Shown: in pieces, positions 35,212-46,435 of the stretch
How positions within the stretch are numbered: the first letter of the stretch is position 1
Layout: each line of letters opens with the position of its first letter
Assembly (NCBI GenBank): GCA_964019335.1
Contig: OZ025684.1
Location: 310,001-374,000, forward strand
Direction: 5' to 3'
DNA: 64,000 nucleotides
From: Diplonema japonicum
Lineage: Eukaryota > Protista > Euglenozoa: Diplonemea
The notes under the pieces: model-generated
What the model was told of the DNA's origin: nothing
The model's database searches: none
Seen by the model: only the letters and a program-made list of their open reading frames with translations
Translations under genes and position numbers: made by a program

Positions 35212-35790
35212 TCACGTTACTTCTGGAAGAGAGCGTTCCCCGTCGTCAGGTATTCTGTCTACAATTAAAGCTTCAGGTATTTTGTAGGTAAATTCGAAGG
35301 AGGGGAACTCGGGCCTGAGAGGGGACCACGTCTCCGTGTGGCTGATTGGGATATTGGAGGACCACGACCCGAATTCTTGTGTTGGGTTGAAAAGACCTTT
35401 TGTAATGGTGTCGGGAACATTTTCAAGAACGCTTCTGCCATGGATTTCTATTCTTTCCTTCAGATTTTGTTTGAATTGATGAACGTGAACTGCTCCACAA
35501 ACTCCACTACAAGTACCCTCTTCATAAAACCTCTTGCAATATGGTACCTGGCTCTGTCTGCATTTCCACTGAACCTGACATAGCCTGCAACGCAGAGTTG
35601 ACAGCCCCCTTCGTATTCTTACAGTGTCCCAGGAGTTATGGCTGCAAGGTCTGGATCTACCAGACTGCCGTCCTTCACATTGTTTTCGAGAAGTGTTTGT
35701 TGGTGATGAAGAGCGAGTCAACTCGGCATGTTGTTCTTGGAGCTGCTGCTGTGGAGGCTGTGGCTGCAATATATGACTCTCTGTTTCCAT
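35212..35790 (-). CDS. Zinc-finger protein, divergent paralogue of the 17296/20789 family
   Basis: 192 aa from METESH; CSHNSWDTVR..LRCRLCQVQW...CKRF...C...C...H..KQNLKERIEIHG aligns with copies A and B. Confidence 0.85.
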   Translation of the reverse strand: METESHILQPQPPQQQLQEQHAELTRSSSPTNTSRKQCEGRQSGRSRPCSHNSWDTVRIRRGLSTLRCRLCQVQWKCRQSQVPYCKRFYEEGTCSGVCGAVHVHQFKQNLKERIEIHGRSVLENVPDTITKGLFNPTQEFGSWSSNIPISHTETWSPLRPEFPSFEFTYKIPEALIVDRIPDDGERSLPEVT

Positions 35791-37402
35791 TTTTTTTTTT
35801 TTTTTCCCTGAGTTGACTAACTCCTCGCTGCAGGACGATGGCATTTTGGGGGGGATGAAAAAAAAAAGAAAAAAATGTAATAAAAGAAAAAAAAAGAAAA
35901 ACAGGAGAAAGAATGAGAAAGAAAATAAAAAGAAAAAAAAAAGAGTCGGTTGATTTTTTTTTGTGCACAGCCGGGGGGGGGTTGACCCAATCCCAACAAT
36001 GCTTTACCACTACTCTTTTTTTAGCACTAACAATTCGTTGTCAATATTTTTGTGTTTTTTGTTCATGCAAAAAAAAAAAAAAATGAGGGGGAGTGTTTGT
36101 GTGTGAGGTTGAACGGTATAAAAAAAAGGGGGGGGGGAGGTAGAAAGAAGAAGGATAAAGGAAAAAAAGAGTTTTGTTGTCAAAGTGGGGGACAGGGTGG
36201 GAGGGGGAAGTATTCTTCTTTTTTTCCTTTTTTTTTTTCTTTTTTTTTTTGGACTGAAATCTCAAGATGGGAAAATTTGAGAAATTTTAAAATTAATTTT
36301 TGTCTTATCCAGCTGCTCCAATATGCCCCCTTCCCCCCCCCCTTTCCTTTTATTATTTTACTAAGATAGGGAGGAAGAAAAAAAATGCCATCATCATTTC
36401 CCCCCCCCCCCCCCCCCGGACATTAACAAACTTGCCAGGGATCGATAAGAATTGGTAGGGAAACAACAGTACATGTTTGAAGAAAGAAAAAAAAAAAGAA
36501 TTAAAGGTATATCAGGAAGACTAGGTGTAACATTCCTTGGTCATCTCTGCAGTGATTTTAAAGGGTTTTAAAATGAAAATCATGCATTTAAGCTTAGCTA
36601 AACTAATATAAGTTCTCAACAACCTCAAGAAAATTATTCCGGTCAGCCGGAGAGTCGTTTTTAATTAAGGCAGAGAGAGAACCAAAGGAAAAAAAAAAAA
36701 AAATTAGTTAGGTAAACATTTTGTGCATGAATACGAAAAAAATCTTTTCCTCCCTTCTTTTTTTTATAAAGGTGTATGCTTTTCTCTTCGCAAAAATGCT
36801 TTATGGCATGTTCTCGCTGTTCATTGAGTATAATTATTTTCTTTATTTCTCTCTTTTTTTTTTTTAAACTTAACTTGATGCTTTTTCTTCGAGCTAGTTC
36901 GGAAGAGTAAGGGGGGGAGGGGGGTAGTGATAGGGTTGAGCTTCATGACAAGTGTTCTTTTTATTTATTTATTTATTTATTTACGTCATCCAAGGGCGGG
37001 GGGGGGGGGGGGGTTTCTTCTTTTTCTTTTGAAAGCCTTATGGGCCATTTTTTTCCATTCCAATTAATGGTCCCCCCCCCCCCCCCCCCCCACCTCATGC
37101 ATCTTAGGTTGTCTTCAATAAGAAAATGAATAAAAAAATAAAGAAAATAAAAAAAAAAAAACTGATTTTTTTTTTCTTTCTTTCCCCAGTTTGTCTTTTT
37201 GGATAAAAATCAAGGCTACTCGTTCAAAAAGGGGAAAAAAAAAAAAAAAAAAAGAAAAGAATATATCTTTGAAACCGTGCCTAAAAGAAAGAAAACCGCA
37301 GCAGCTATGACCTATGACCCACAGTTGCCTCAGGGGAGCTATTGAGTTCCCCTCTAAAAACGTGCTACATGAGGACAAAACGACTCAAGTGTGGTGGGCT
37401 CC

Positions 37403-37435
<33 letters not shown>

Positions 37436-37921
37436 AGAGGAAATGGGAACAAAATGCATGGCGTTCCATGAGCAAAGGGAAAAAAAAAAGAAAAAAAAAA
37501 AAGAGAAAAAGGCTATGGAACTGGGATGTTGTGTGGTAAAAAAAGAAATAGCGAGCCAACCATGTTCACAAGACCATTTGCAAGGAAGTACAGGTTTTTT
37601 TTCTAGACATTTATTGCTGTTTTAAACAAAAGGTGCTATTTTGCGTTGGTGGTTATAGAACTGAGCGCTGAATTTCTTTTTTTTTTTTTTTTTTTTTTAT
37701 TGAAACATGTCGCTTAGGTGATGAAAGAGTGAAAAGAGCTCTTCGGGACGAAAAAAAAATGGCAAGTTTTTAATTGAACAAAAACAAAAACAAAAAAAAA
37801 TGATTTCTTTTTTTTTTTTTAAAAATAAAAACAACAAAAAAAAACCCCCCCTTCTTTTTTTTTTCCATTCTTTCCGCTTCTATACTTCTAGCCACCACTG
37901 GAACCAAATGTGTAATTTTCT

Positions 37922-37954
<33 letters not shown>

Positions 37955-37961
37955 CAACACG

Positions 37962-38001
<40 letters not shown>

Positions 38002-39226
38002 GACAACAAAGGTCTGGTAAGGTGGGCGACAACTAAGCGGGAAGAGTACTTGGAGCGTCATAGCATTCTGGTGCTCCTACATGCCACTTTTCTCACTTTT
38101 TTTTTTCTCCCCTCTCTCTCACCTTATGCCTCTTTTTTTTTTTCTCGTCAAGAAGAAGAAAAAAAAAGAGGGCAATAAAAGTGGCGGGGGGAAATAAAAA
38201 AAAAGGAAAAAGTACAGTAAAAGTTTCAGAACCAAGCCCGCGGGCACACTCCAGAAAAAAAAAAAGAAAAAAAAAAGAGGGGAAAAAAAAAAAAAAAAAG
38301 TGCTACCAACAGCGGGATCCTCTCCTTTTGTTTATCTAAGAAGAAAAAAGAAAATACTAAGGAAAAAAAAGGGGGGGGGAAACATATAGTGGGAAGAATG
38401 GGGGCAGAAATAAGAAATAAATACAAAAAAAAGTTTTTTTTTTTTTTTTTTTTTTGCTTCATTTCTTGTTTTCCAATACGGTCTTTTAAATTAAAGAGTT
38501 AAGTTACAAAAAACCACCTTTCGAGGCAGAAAAAGTTACGTGCAACATCGAAAGATTTTCTTTTAGAATCTGCCTTGGACTGTCTAACTACTCCACAATT
38601 CTTTTTTTTTTTTTTTTTTTTTGTAGTTTTTTTTTTTTAATTTAAAAGTACGCTTGCTAAAAATAACTTTAGGGTTTTCGTTCTGTTTCTTTTCTTTTCA
38701 TGTGCAGGACCAAAAAAAAAAAAAAAAAAAATGGGGAAGGGAACAAGAAAAATAAAATGAGGGGGCCAAAAAATATTTCAGTAACAAAAAAAAAAAAAAA
38801 AAAAAAAAAGAAAAAGAAAAAAAAGGGAGTGTGTTTTTTTCTTTATTTTTATTTCCCCCTTCTTTTTACACTACAACAATCAGACAAAAGCTCGATAACT
38901 CATATTTTATTTTATTTTTAAGTTATAAAAGATTTCTTTTTCTTGTTGCAACAGGGGTTTTTTTTTTTCTTCTTTTTCTACGTTCCTAAAAAGCTGAGCA
39001 GGATTAATAAGAAGGGGCAGTAATCCTTTTGCACTTTTTTTTCAGCTTTTTAGATAAGTTCAGAAAAGTTACGAAGACTCCGCTGAAACACGAATCTTGA
39101 ATAACTTGCCTAAGTATTTTTTCTTTTTTTTTGTTGTTGTTGTTTCCTTTTTTTTTTGTTAAAAATGGTTGCTGGGAGGGGAGGGGGGGGACCTTTTCAA
39201 AAATTCTTTGGCTTTTTCTTCTTTTT

Positions 39227-39278
<52 letters not shown>

Positions 39279-40014
39279 CAGGAATTGGGCCAAAGTTAAG
39301 CCCAGTTTAAAAAAAAAAAAAAAAAAAAAAAAAGAAGAAAGAAGAAAAATCTCAGAAAAAGAAAAGGAAGGGGAAAACCAAATGTGCTTTTTGCCCCTCT
39401 TTTCCCTCCCTTTTTTTTTCTCCTTGTGTTTTATTCTTTTCTTTTTTCTTAAAAGAAAAGATTTTTATGAACAGTAAGGAAAGAAAAAAAAGAGAGAGAA
39501 AAGAGAAAGGAGAAAACACCCAAGGGCCATATGTAAAGTCCAGTTGTGTGCTAAAAGATGGACAAAAAGAGGGTCATGAGTGAATTGAAAGGGAAATAAA
39601 CGAGAAAAGTAAAAAGTGTATTTATAAGAATGCAGCAAAAAGAAAAAGAGATAAGGAAGCAAAAAAAAAAAAATACGAAGAAAAGAGGAAAGAAAAAAAA
39701 AGAGTGAGAAGGAAAGAAGGAAGAAAGGGAAGAAAAAATTTTTTTTTCTCCTCTTTTTTTCTTTCTCCAGTCTCTCTCTTTTTTTTTTTTCATTCTTTAT
39801 AAACCGTAACAGTTTTTTAATATTTTAAGCACCATTTCTTATTACTACACCGCCCTTTTTTTTTTTTTTTTTTTTTTTTTTCTCTTTCTTGCATTATTCC
39901 ATCTTGTTCATAAAAATGATAGCATTATTAAGAACTAATAAAAAACGCTTTTTTTTTTTTTTTTTCTCGTTTTTTTTTTTTTTTTTTTTGTCCCTTTTCT
40001 TTTCCACCCCTTAA

Positions 40015-40049
<35 letters not shown>

Positions 40050-40160
40050 CCAAAAAAGAAAAAAAAAAAAAAAAAAATCCATACAATGTTTGATAAAATC
40101 TGAAAGGGGAAAGACTTAAAAAAAAAAAAAAAAAAATTATATTTTTCCACCAACACCCCA

Positions 40161-41063
40161 TCAGACTGTCATGGGCATTTGGTACAACAAGACCACAGGC
40201 TGATTACCCACAGCAACTGGAGGCGTCATCACCTCGTCCTCACTGGGAGTATCGGCAAGGCATTTCACTACGTTGACATTCTTCTGCTTGTAAATTGCAA
40301 TCTGCACATTCTCCTCACCAGAAAAGTACGGGGCGATGTACAAATCGATCCCGTCATTCTGAACCATCAAGCGGGACAACGCGATACTCTTCAACCCAGT
40401 GTTCAAAAGCTCTGCTGTGAGAGGAATATCAAGTCCAAGAATGTCATTTGTGTCCGATGTACGCAGCGTCTTCGCCAGCGACCCAGCAACGGCCGATACC
40501 TTCGAAGCCTTGTTCACCTTCCGCAATGAGGTGTAGCTAACATCCTCACAGAGAAGCTTCACAGATTTCTTTGCACGCATTGCGATCAGACGTATACCGG
40601 GTCCGTCGGCACTCCTCAGCGACTCCACCTTGATAAGGAAGTATTTACCCATTTCCATGATGAACATTCTAGAAACGCATAATCCTTGAACTGCCGTTGC
40701 TACTGACTCAGCGCCCATTGCCTCAATAACCACCTCGGAGTCTAGCCTCAGCCTCTTTGCAATGGCACCTGCTAGGCCATTTATCTTTGTGGTTCCCGAC
40801 ACCTTTAAGATATCGTTGTGTGCTTGGGATGACGAACCTGCGGTGCTTGACCCGCACGAGCTTCCTTCGGCATTGCTGCTGCTGCTCAGGCCTTCCAAGG
40901 CGATCTGTTGCTGTTGCTGTTGCTGTTGAACCGCCAGAAGAGCAAGCTGCTGCTGCAGAAGCATCTGCTGCTGCATCTGGTTCACTTGGCTCATTTGGTT
41001 CATTTGGTTCATCATCATCATCTGCGTGGGTGCCACGGTCGGAAGGAAACCCTGGGTGAACAT
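40161..41063 (-). CDS. Q/M-rich protein with two tandem SpoVS (Alba-like fold) domains
   Basis: 300 aa from MFTQGF. ILKVSGTTKINGLAGAIAKRLR...IEAMGAESVATAVQGLCVSR and KVNKASKVSAVAGSLAKTLR...LNTGLKSIALSRLMVQNDGIDL..PYF resemble bacterial SpoVS (LKVS..S.P..VAGA.A..LR...IQAIGAGA.NQAVKA.AIAR.F....GIDL...PAF). Confidence 0.8.
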   Translation of the reverse strand: MFTQGFLPTVAPTQMMMMNQMNQMSQVNQMQQQMLLQQQLALLAVQQQQQQQQIALEGLSSSSNAEGSSCGSSTAGSSSQAHNDILKVSGTTKINGLAGAIAKRLRLDSEVVIEAMGAESVATAVQGLCVSRMFIMEMGKYFLIKVESLRSADGPGIRLIAMRAKKSVKLLCEDVSYTSLRKVNKASKVSAVAGSLAKTLRTSDTNDILGLDIPLTAELLNTGLKSIALSRLMVQNDGIDLYIAPYFSGEENVQIAIYKQKNVNVVKCLADTPSEDEVMTPPVAVGNQPVVLLYQMPMTV

Positions 41064-41498
41064 TTTTTGTTTTTGTTTTTGTTTTTGTTTTCTTTTTTTC
41101 TTTAGTAGGGTGTGTTTTTTTTTTTTTTTTTTTTTTTGTTTTTTTTTTTTTTTTTTTGTATTTTCTTGCATGTCTCTCTCACCAAAAACCAGACCCAGCA
41201 ATAATGGTTGAGCATGTAGCTGCCATGATTGGAAACAGCAAGCTCATTGACCAGTGCAGGGCCTGACAACATGTCGATGCGTGTGGTTGTTCTATTAAAA
41301 AAGTTTGAATTTTCGGCATTACTCCGGAAGTTTTATTTTATTTTTTTTACAGTTGGGAAACCACGAAGCTGCTGCCCACTACTCATTTTGGTATGGAAAA
41401 ACCAACAAAAGAAAATATAATAAGAAAAAAAAAAAAAAAAAAAAAAAACCAGTCTCACTAAAGAGAGAATAAAAAAGGGGGGGGGTGATGAGCTTTCG

Positions 41499-41530
<32 letters not shown>

Positions 41531-42047
41531 ATTCTTTTAAGGTACACGGTTGTGGAGCTTATCCATTGTCCCCGTTCTGCTGCCTCTGGCAGGTTCCTAG
41601 CGGTTGTCAAACTGCGGGGCGGCCTGTCGGGCCTGCGATACCTCAGCCTCACTGCGGACAAAGGTGGGAAAAATAAGGAAAAGGGGCTCCATTTGCGTTT
41701 TCTTTGCCTTGGAACACCGCTCCTGTCCACAGTGACCCAGCGGACAAAGGGTGTATGGGGGAAAATAAGGGAGAAATGGTTTTTTGGGTGAAGGAGAAAT
41801 GGTTTTTTGGGTGAAGGAAAAAAAAAAAAAAAAACGGATGGGCGAAAAAAAAAAAAATAAAGAGATGGAGAAGCTTCCGCTTACGCTTTGAGCTTCGCGA
41901 CGGGCAACGTAGGCTTTCGGGGGAAAAAAAAAAAGGGGGGAGTAAAATTTCATTGATTTCTTCTTTTCATGTTCGCTTGTTCCTTTTGATTTTCCGTGTA
42001 GTGTCCGCCTTTAGTTCTGTAGTGTGAAAGATTCCAAGAAAAAAATT

Positions 42048-42165
42048 TCACTATGATAGGAACGAAGTGGTTAGCAACGGCCCGCCGCGGTGGCGTGCCT
42101 ACCTTATGATGCTCCCCTTTTGGGGTCGTTCCCTGCTACCCACCGTAGTGCCTAGCTGTCGTTTA
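42048..42165. repeat. Interspersed repeat C; also ~15978-16016, ~26074-26107, ~26455-26493, ~52914-53030, ~59405-59452
   Basis: TCACTATGATAGGAACGAAGTGGTTAGCAACGGCCCGCC...CCTACCTTATGAT..CCCC...GTAGTGCCTAGCTG. Confidence 0.85.
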
Positions 42166-42989
42166 TATCTTCCAATCTTTTCTTTCCGGTATTCTTCTCT
42201 CAGTCCTTTCAGCTTGCTCGCCGTCAGCCCCGATGCAAACAGGGAAAAAAAAGGATGATGAGTTAAAGGAAAAAAATAAAGAAAAAAAGAGAAAAAAAAC
42301 ACGGTTCTGTCTTTTTCTTGATTTTTTTTTTTTTTTTTAAAATTAATTTATTGCAAACTTGTTTGCCGAGTAAAAGAGAACTTAAAACACAAACTAAAAA
42401 CACATGTCATAAATTTATATGAATTCTGCCTTTTTCCCTTTTCCCCTTTTTGCTACCTCTTTTCCTAGAAATTTTGCTTGCGGTGTTCTTCCCTTTGTCT
42501 TTTGCGAAATCTTTCAGAATTTTTTTTATTTTTGAGTTACAGGAGGTCACTCTGAGACACCTCCCTCCTCCTTTTCAAACCTTATGCGTTTCGTTCAGAA
42601 AATGTAGGAATCTCTTTTTTTTAAAAACTTTTTTTTTACCCCTCCCAGAATTAAAAAAACACACATCACAAGAACATCAGACGAAGAGGGGGGGGGGGGG
42701 GGGGGGGGAGGGACAAAATAAAAAGAGGAAAAAGAAAACACAAAAAAAATTCCCCCCCTTTTTTTCTACGTTTCCACGTTTTTGTCTATGTTTTTTTCTT
42801 TTTCTTTTTTTCTTTCCCCCAATTAAAATCAAAAAAAAAAAGGTGTCTTTGAAGGCAACCTGCAGTAAGTGACAGGACCGTTAACCCCCCCCCCCCCCCC
42901 CCCCCAACGTTGGGCTACTATTTCTTTTTTTTTTCACTATTCTTTTTAAAAAGGTTAGGGGTTCAAAGAAAAAAAAAAATCAATCGAAG

Positions 42990-43021
<32 letters not shown>

Positions 43022-43026
43022 GTATA

Positions 43027-46000
43027 TCAAATCTGACATTTCACGCAGACTCTGACCATGCCTTCATAGGTAGGCAGGGTCCTCTTATTAGGCGAACAGC
43101 TTGTGCAAACCAACGCGCCGCACTTCCTACAGTGGTGCCGTCTGTTCAAAAGGGTGAACTCCTTCTGGCACAACTGGCACCAACTGGAATTCCCGTCGGG
43201 CACCCATGTAACTCCTTGGCTGCCGTTGCTGCTACTTGTTTCTTGATCCCCTCCACTAAGCTCTGATGCGACTCTAGTGTACGTCTCGGCCTGCCCACTG
43301 TCCCCCTTCTGTTTAAGAGATTCCGCATAGTTCAGGTACGCGGCAGCGATCCTCTTCCCTGCAGGGCCTGTCCGGTTTTTAGGATTCAAACGAATAGCAT
43401 TTTCATATGCTTCCACTGACGCCGCACAATTCTGATTCACAAACTCCAAGTGCCCTATGTACATGTAGGCACGGTCGTGGCTAGGGTTGATTGCTACGAC
43501 TCTTCTGAAGGATTTGATGGCCTGTTCCGTCCTCCCAATGCGGCCGAAAGAGCAGCCCATGTTGAAGAATGCGCAGTCCATTTTCGGGTCAAGTCGTGTG
43601 GCGTGGACGTAGAACTGCAATGCGCTTGACGGTTCCTTCTCCAAAAAGCAGTTCCCCAACGCGTACTGGATGCCGCTGTGGTAAGGGTCCAGCTTCGCCG
43701 CGATTTTAAACTGTTTCACAGCCTCGTTCATGTTCCCCTCGTGGTAGGCGAGCAGCCCGAACCCTCGATAAGCTTGGAGGCATTGTGGGTTGGCGGTTAC
43801 TGCCATGTTGAACGCTTGCTGAGCACGTGCCTTGTCGTTCTTCCCATTCCACGCCAGCCCCAGGACAGCGTATGTGTCCGCAATGGTCTGCTTCGCTGTT
43901 AAGTTCTCAAGCTGTTTGCTGCAGTCCATGATGACCTTGTCGAATTCACGCGTCTCGATGCGAAGCATCCAGATGTCCATTTGGCGTGCTGCCCCATCGC
44001 CGGTATTCAAACAGCATTCGATTTTCTTCCTCATGATGCTCGTGTTGCATTCTGCGTTCAGTTTCACAGCCTGCTTCAGAACCGCTGCCGCCTCTTGGTA
44101 CTCCCCCGCGTCGAACAGCTGGTGGCCTAGTTGGATGAAGGCCCTGCTTTTGGTGGGGTCCATTTTAATCACCTTTCTGTACAGGTCTATCGCCTCCGTT
44201 CTTTTTTCTTGAAATCCCAGCACGCCGCCGAGGTTGTAGCACGCGTTAGCATGTTCAGGATCCAACACCAGCACCTGGCGGTACGATTTCTCCGCGCTGA
44301 CCAAGTCCACAAGCTTGTAGTGGCAGTTTCCTATTAAGTGCATCGCTTCCTTGTTTGTAGGGTCTGCATTCACCACCTTGGTCAGCACGCTGAGGGCACT
44401 CGCGTGCTCGCCGGACATGAAGAGGTCCTTCCCCAGCGCTAGCAGCACATTGCCATCGGTGACGCCCATTGTGGTCGCTTCGTTGTGTCGCTTCAGGACC
44501 TTCTGGACCTCAGGGTCGTTTCTGTTGTTGTTCTGCTTCAACGCTGCTTTCTTCTTCATTTCTAACACTCGTGGAGTTAACCCTGCCACTGCAACATTCT
44601 GCACGGGAAGCTGTTGCTGCTTTACTGGCTGCTGTACTGGCTGCTTTACTGGCTGCTGCGTTACTGGCTGAACTTGCTGCTGCACCGGTTGCTGTTGCAA
44701 CTGCTGCATTGGCTGCTGTACTGGCTGCTTCCGAACTTGCTGCTGCACCGGTTGCTGAGGATGTGACACCGCCACTTGCTGCACGGGGTTCCGTGCACTT
44801 ACATATTGCTGAGGTTGCGGTGCTGCTACGTGTGCTGGTTGCATTTGTAGTTGAACAGGTTGCTGCATAACTGGTGCCGCTTGTCGCATGACTGCAACAG
44901 GCTGTGCTTGTTGCATGACTGCAACAGGCTGTGCTTGTTGCATGACTGCAACAGGCTGTGCTTGTTGCATGACCCGTTGGACATTTTGTACCTGCACTTG
45001 CAGCATTCTGCCGCACTCACAGCAGAACCTCGCAACAGCCCCCACAGCTGCCCCACATGCGGCGCAGTACTTCGGGTGCTGCGGTTGCGGTACAACTGCT
45101 TGCTGCGGGTAAAGCTGCTGCGGTGCGGACTGCTGCATGGGCCGAACAAGTTGCTGCTGCTGCATGGGCCGCATTATGGGCTGCTGTTGCATCACTTGTT
45201 GCACGGGAAACTGTTGTTGCGCGACTGGTTGCTGCAGAGCATGCTGCACAGGAAATTGTTGTTGTTGCATAGAAGGCTGCTGTTGCATAGGAGGTTGCTG
45301 TTGCATAGGAGGCGGTTGCTGGCTTCGCACAACTGGTTGCTGCACGGGAGGCTGCTGTTGGACAACTGACTGTTGCTGCTCAGAAGGTTGCATAGAAGGC
45401 TGTTGCACTGAACGCTGATTCTGCACACCTGACTGTTGTAGGGATGGCTGTTGTTGCACAGGAGGCTGCTGTTGGAGAACTAGCTGTTGCTGCATAGGAG
45501 GCTCTTGCACAGGTGACTGTTGTTGGGTGAGTGGCTGTTGGACAATTGGCTGTTGCTGCATAGGAGGCTGTTGCACAGGTGACTGTTGTTGGGTGAGTGG
45601 CTGCTGTTGGGCAACTGGCTGCTGCTCAGGAGATTGCACGGGAGGCTGCACAGATGGCTGCTCTTGCACCGGTTGGACAGCGTGTTGGATTCCGGTGTAT
45701 TCTGCCACGGGCTGCACCGGGACCTCCACAGGCCGCGAGTCTTGTTCCGGTGTCGTCGACCTTATGGAATGGGCTTCACGTACCTCAGCAGGTTGCACTT
45801 GCTGGCCTTCTGTGACTGCTACGTCGGGCGTCGCTTGTTCTACTAAGGGCTGTGGTTCTTCCTCTGGCTGTGCCTCCTCTGGCTGTGTTTCCTCGTCCTC
45901 TGGTTCCTCTAAAGGCTGGTCCTCGGGGTTTTCAGGCTGCACCGATACTTCCTCACTTGGTTCTACCTCCACAGAAGTTATTCCACACTGCTCATTTGCC

Positions 46001-46047
46001 ACCACCTCATTTGGATGCTCACACGGAGAGTCGCTTTCTCCAGACAT
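43027..46047 (-). CDS. Q/P-rich protein with zinc ribbon, TPR repeats and C-terminal FYVE domain
   Basis: Likely start MSGESD at 46047. CAACG..RFCCECG ribbon; many TPR motifs (A..NLG, A...LG, ...LDP); FYVE WVPD..C..C...F.L.NRRHHCRKCG...C..CS...RVC..C. Confidence 0.9.
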   Translation of the reverse strand: MSGESDSPCEHPNEVVANEQCGITSVEVEPSEEVSVQPENPEDQPLEEPEDEETQPEEAQPEEEPQPLVEQATPDVAVTEGQQVQPAEVREAHSIRSTTPEQDSRPVEVPVQPVAEYTGIQHAVQPVQEQPSVQPPVQSPEQQPVAQQQPLTQQQSPVQQPPMQQQPIVQQPLTQQQSPVQEPPMQQQLVLQQQPPVQQQPSLQQSGVQNQRSVQQPSMQPSEQQQSVVQQQPPVQQPVVRSQQPPPMQQQPPMQQQPSMQQQQFPVQHALQQPVAQQQFPVQQVMQQQPIMRPMQQQQLVRPMQQSAPQQLYPQQAVVPQPQHPKYCAACGAAVGAVARFCCECGRMLQVQVQNVQRVMQQAQPVAVMQQAQPVAVMQQAQPVAVMRQAAPVMQQPVQLQMQPAHVAAPQPQQYVSARNPVQQVAVSHPQQPVQQQVRKQPVQQPMQQLQQQPVQQQVQPVTQQPVKQPVQQPVKQQQLPVQNVAVAGLTPRVLEMKKKAALKQNNNRNDPEVQKVLKRHNEATTMGVTDGNVLLALGKDLFMSGEHASALSVLTKVVNADPTNKEAMHLIGNCHYKLVDLVSAEKSYRQVLVLDPEHANACYNLGGVLGFQEKRTEAIDLYRKVIKMDPTKSRAFIQLGHQLFDAGEYQEAAAVLKQAVKLNAECNTSIMRKKIECCLNTGDGAARQMDIWMLRIETREFDKVIMDCSKQLENLTAKQTIADTYAVLGLAWNGKNDKARAQQAFNMAVTANPQCLQAYRGFGLLAYHEGNMNEAVKQFKIAAKLDPYHSGIQYALGNCFLEKEPSSALQFYVHATRLDPKMDCAFFNMGCSFGRIGRTEQAIKSFRRVVAINPSHDRAYMYIGHLEFVNQNCAASVEAYENAIRLNPKNRTGPAGKRIAAAYLNYAESLKQKGDSGQAETYTRVASELSGGDQETSSSNGSQGVTWVPDGNSSWCQLCQKEFTLLNRRHHCRKCGALVCTSCSPNKRTLPTYEGMVRVCVKCQI

Positions 46048-46435
46048 AAGCCTAGTCCTGAATGCAGATCTAAATAGAAAGTGTTCAACAATCGCGACTC
46101 GGCAGAGCGAAAGAACTAAAGGAGCAAACGGTCGCCTCATAAAGCATGAGTCAACCCATAAAGAACGTAGCCAAGAATGAGAATAATGACAAGAAAAGAA
46201 TGTAGTTCGACCTTTACGTGGTTCAAATAAAAGAAATACCACACGACCACCCCATTGCCTTCGTGATAATCAAGAAAAAAGAAAATAGTTTGGTGCTCTA
46301 CCTGTTTGTCGCGCACGAAGCATTCCTTTTTTTTTGGGGGGGGAAAGAGAAAAAAAAGAGACATTTATAATAAAAGAACGGATGAGCACTTTCGTTCGTA
46401 GTGCCACTCATCAAAGTCAAGGTATTTTATATTAA

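Noticed and set aside
44510-46180. Cys/Gly-rich and Ala-rich alternative-frame ORFs
   Set aside because: Frame and antisense artefacts of the CAG/CAA-rich Q tract.
46048-46242. N-terminal extension of the 1071-aa ORF (similar extensions at 17752-18012 and 41064-41201)
   Set aside because: Begin at non-ATG codons and/or run through UTR-like or homopolymer sequence; downstream ATGs fit the paralogues and composition better.
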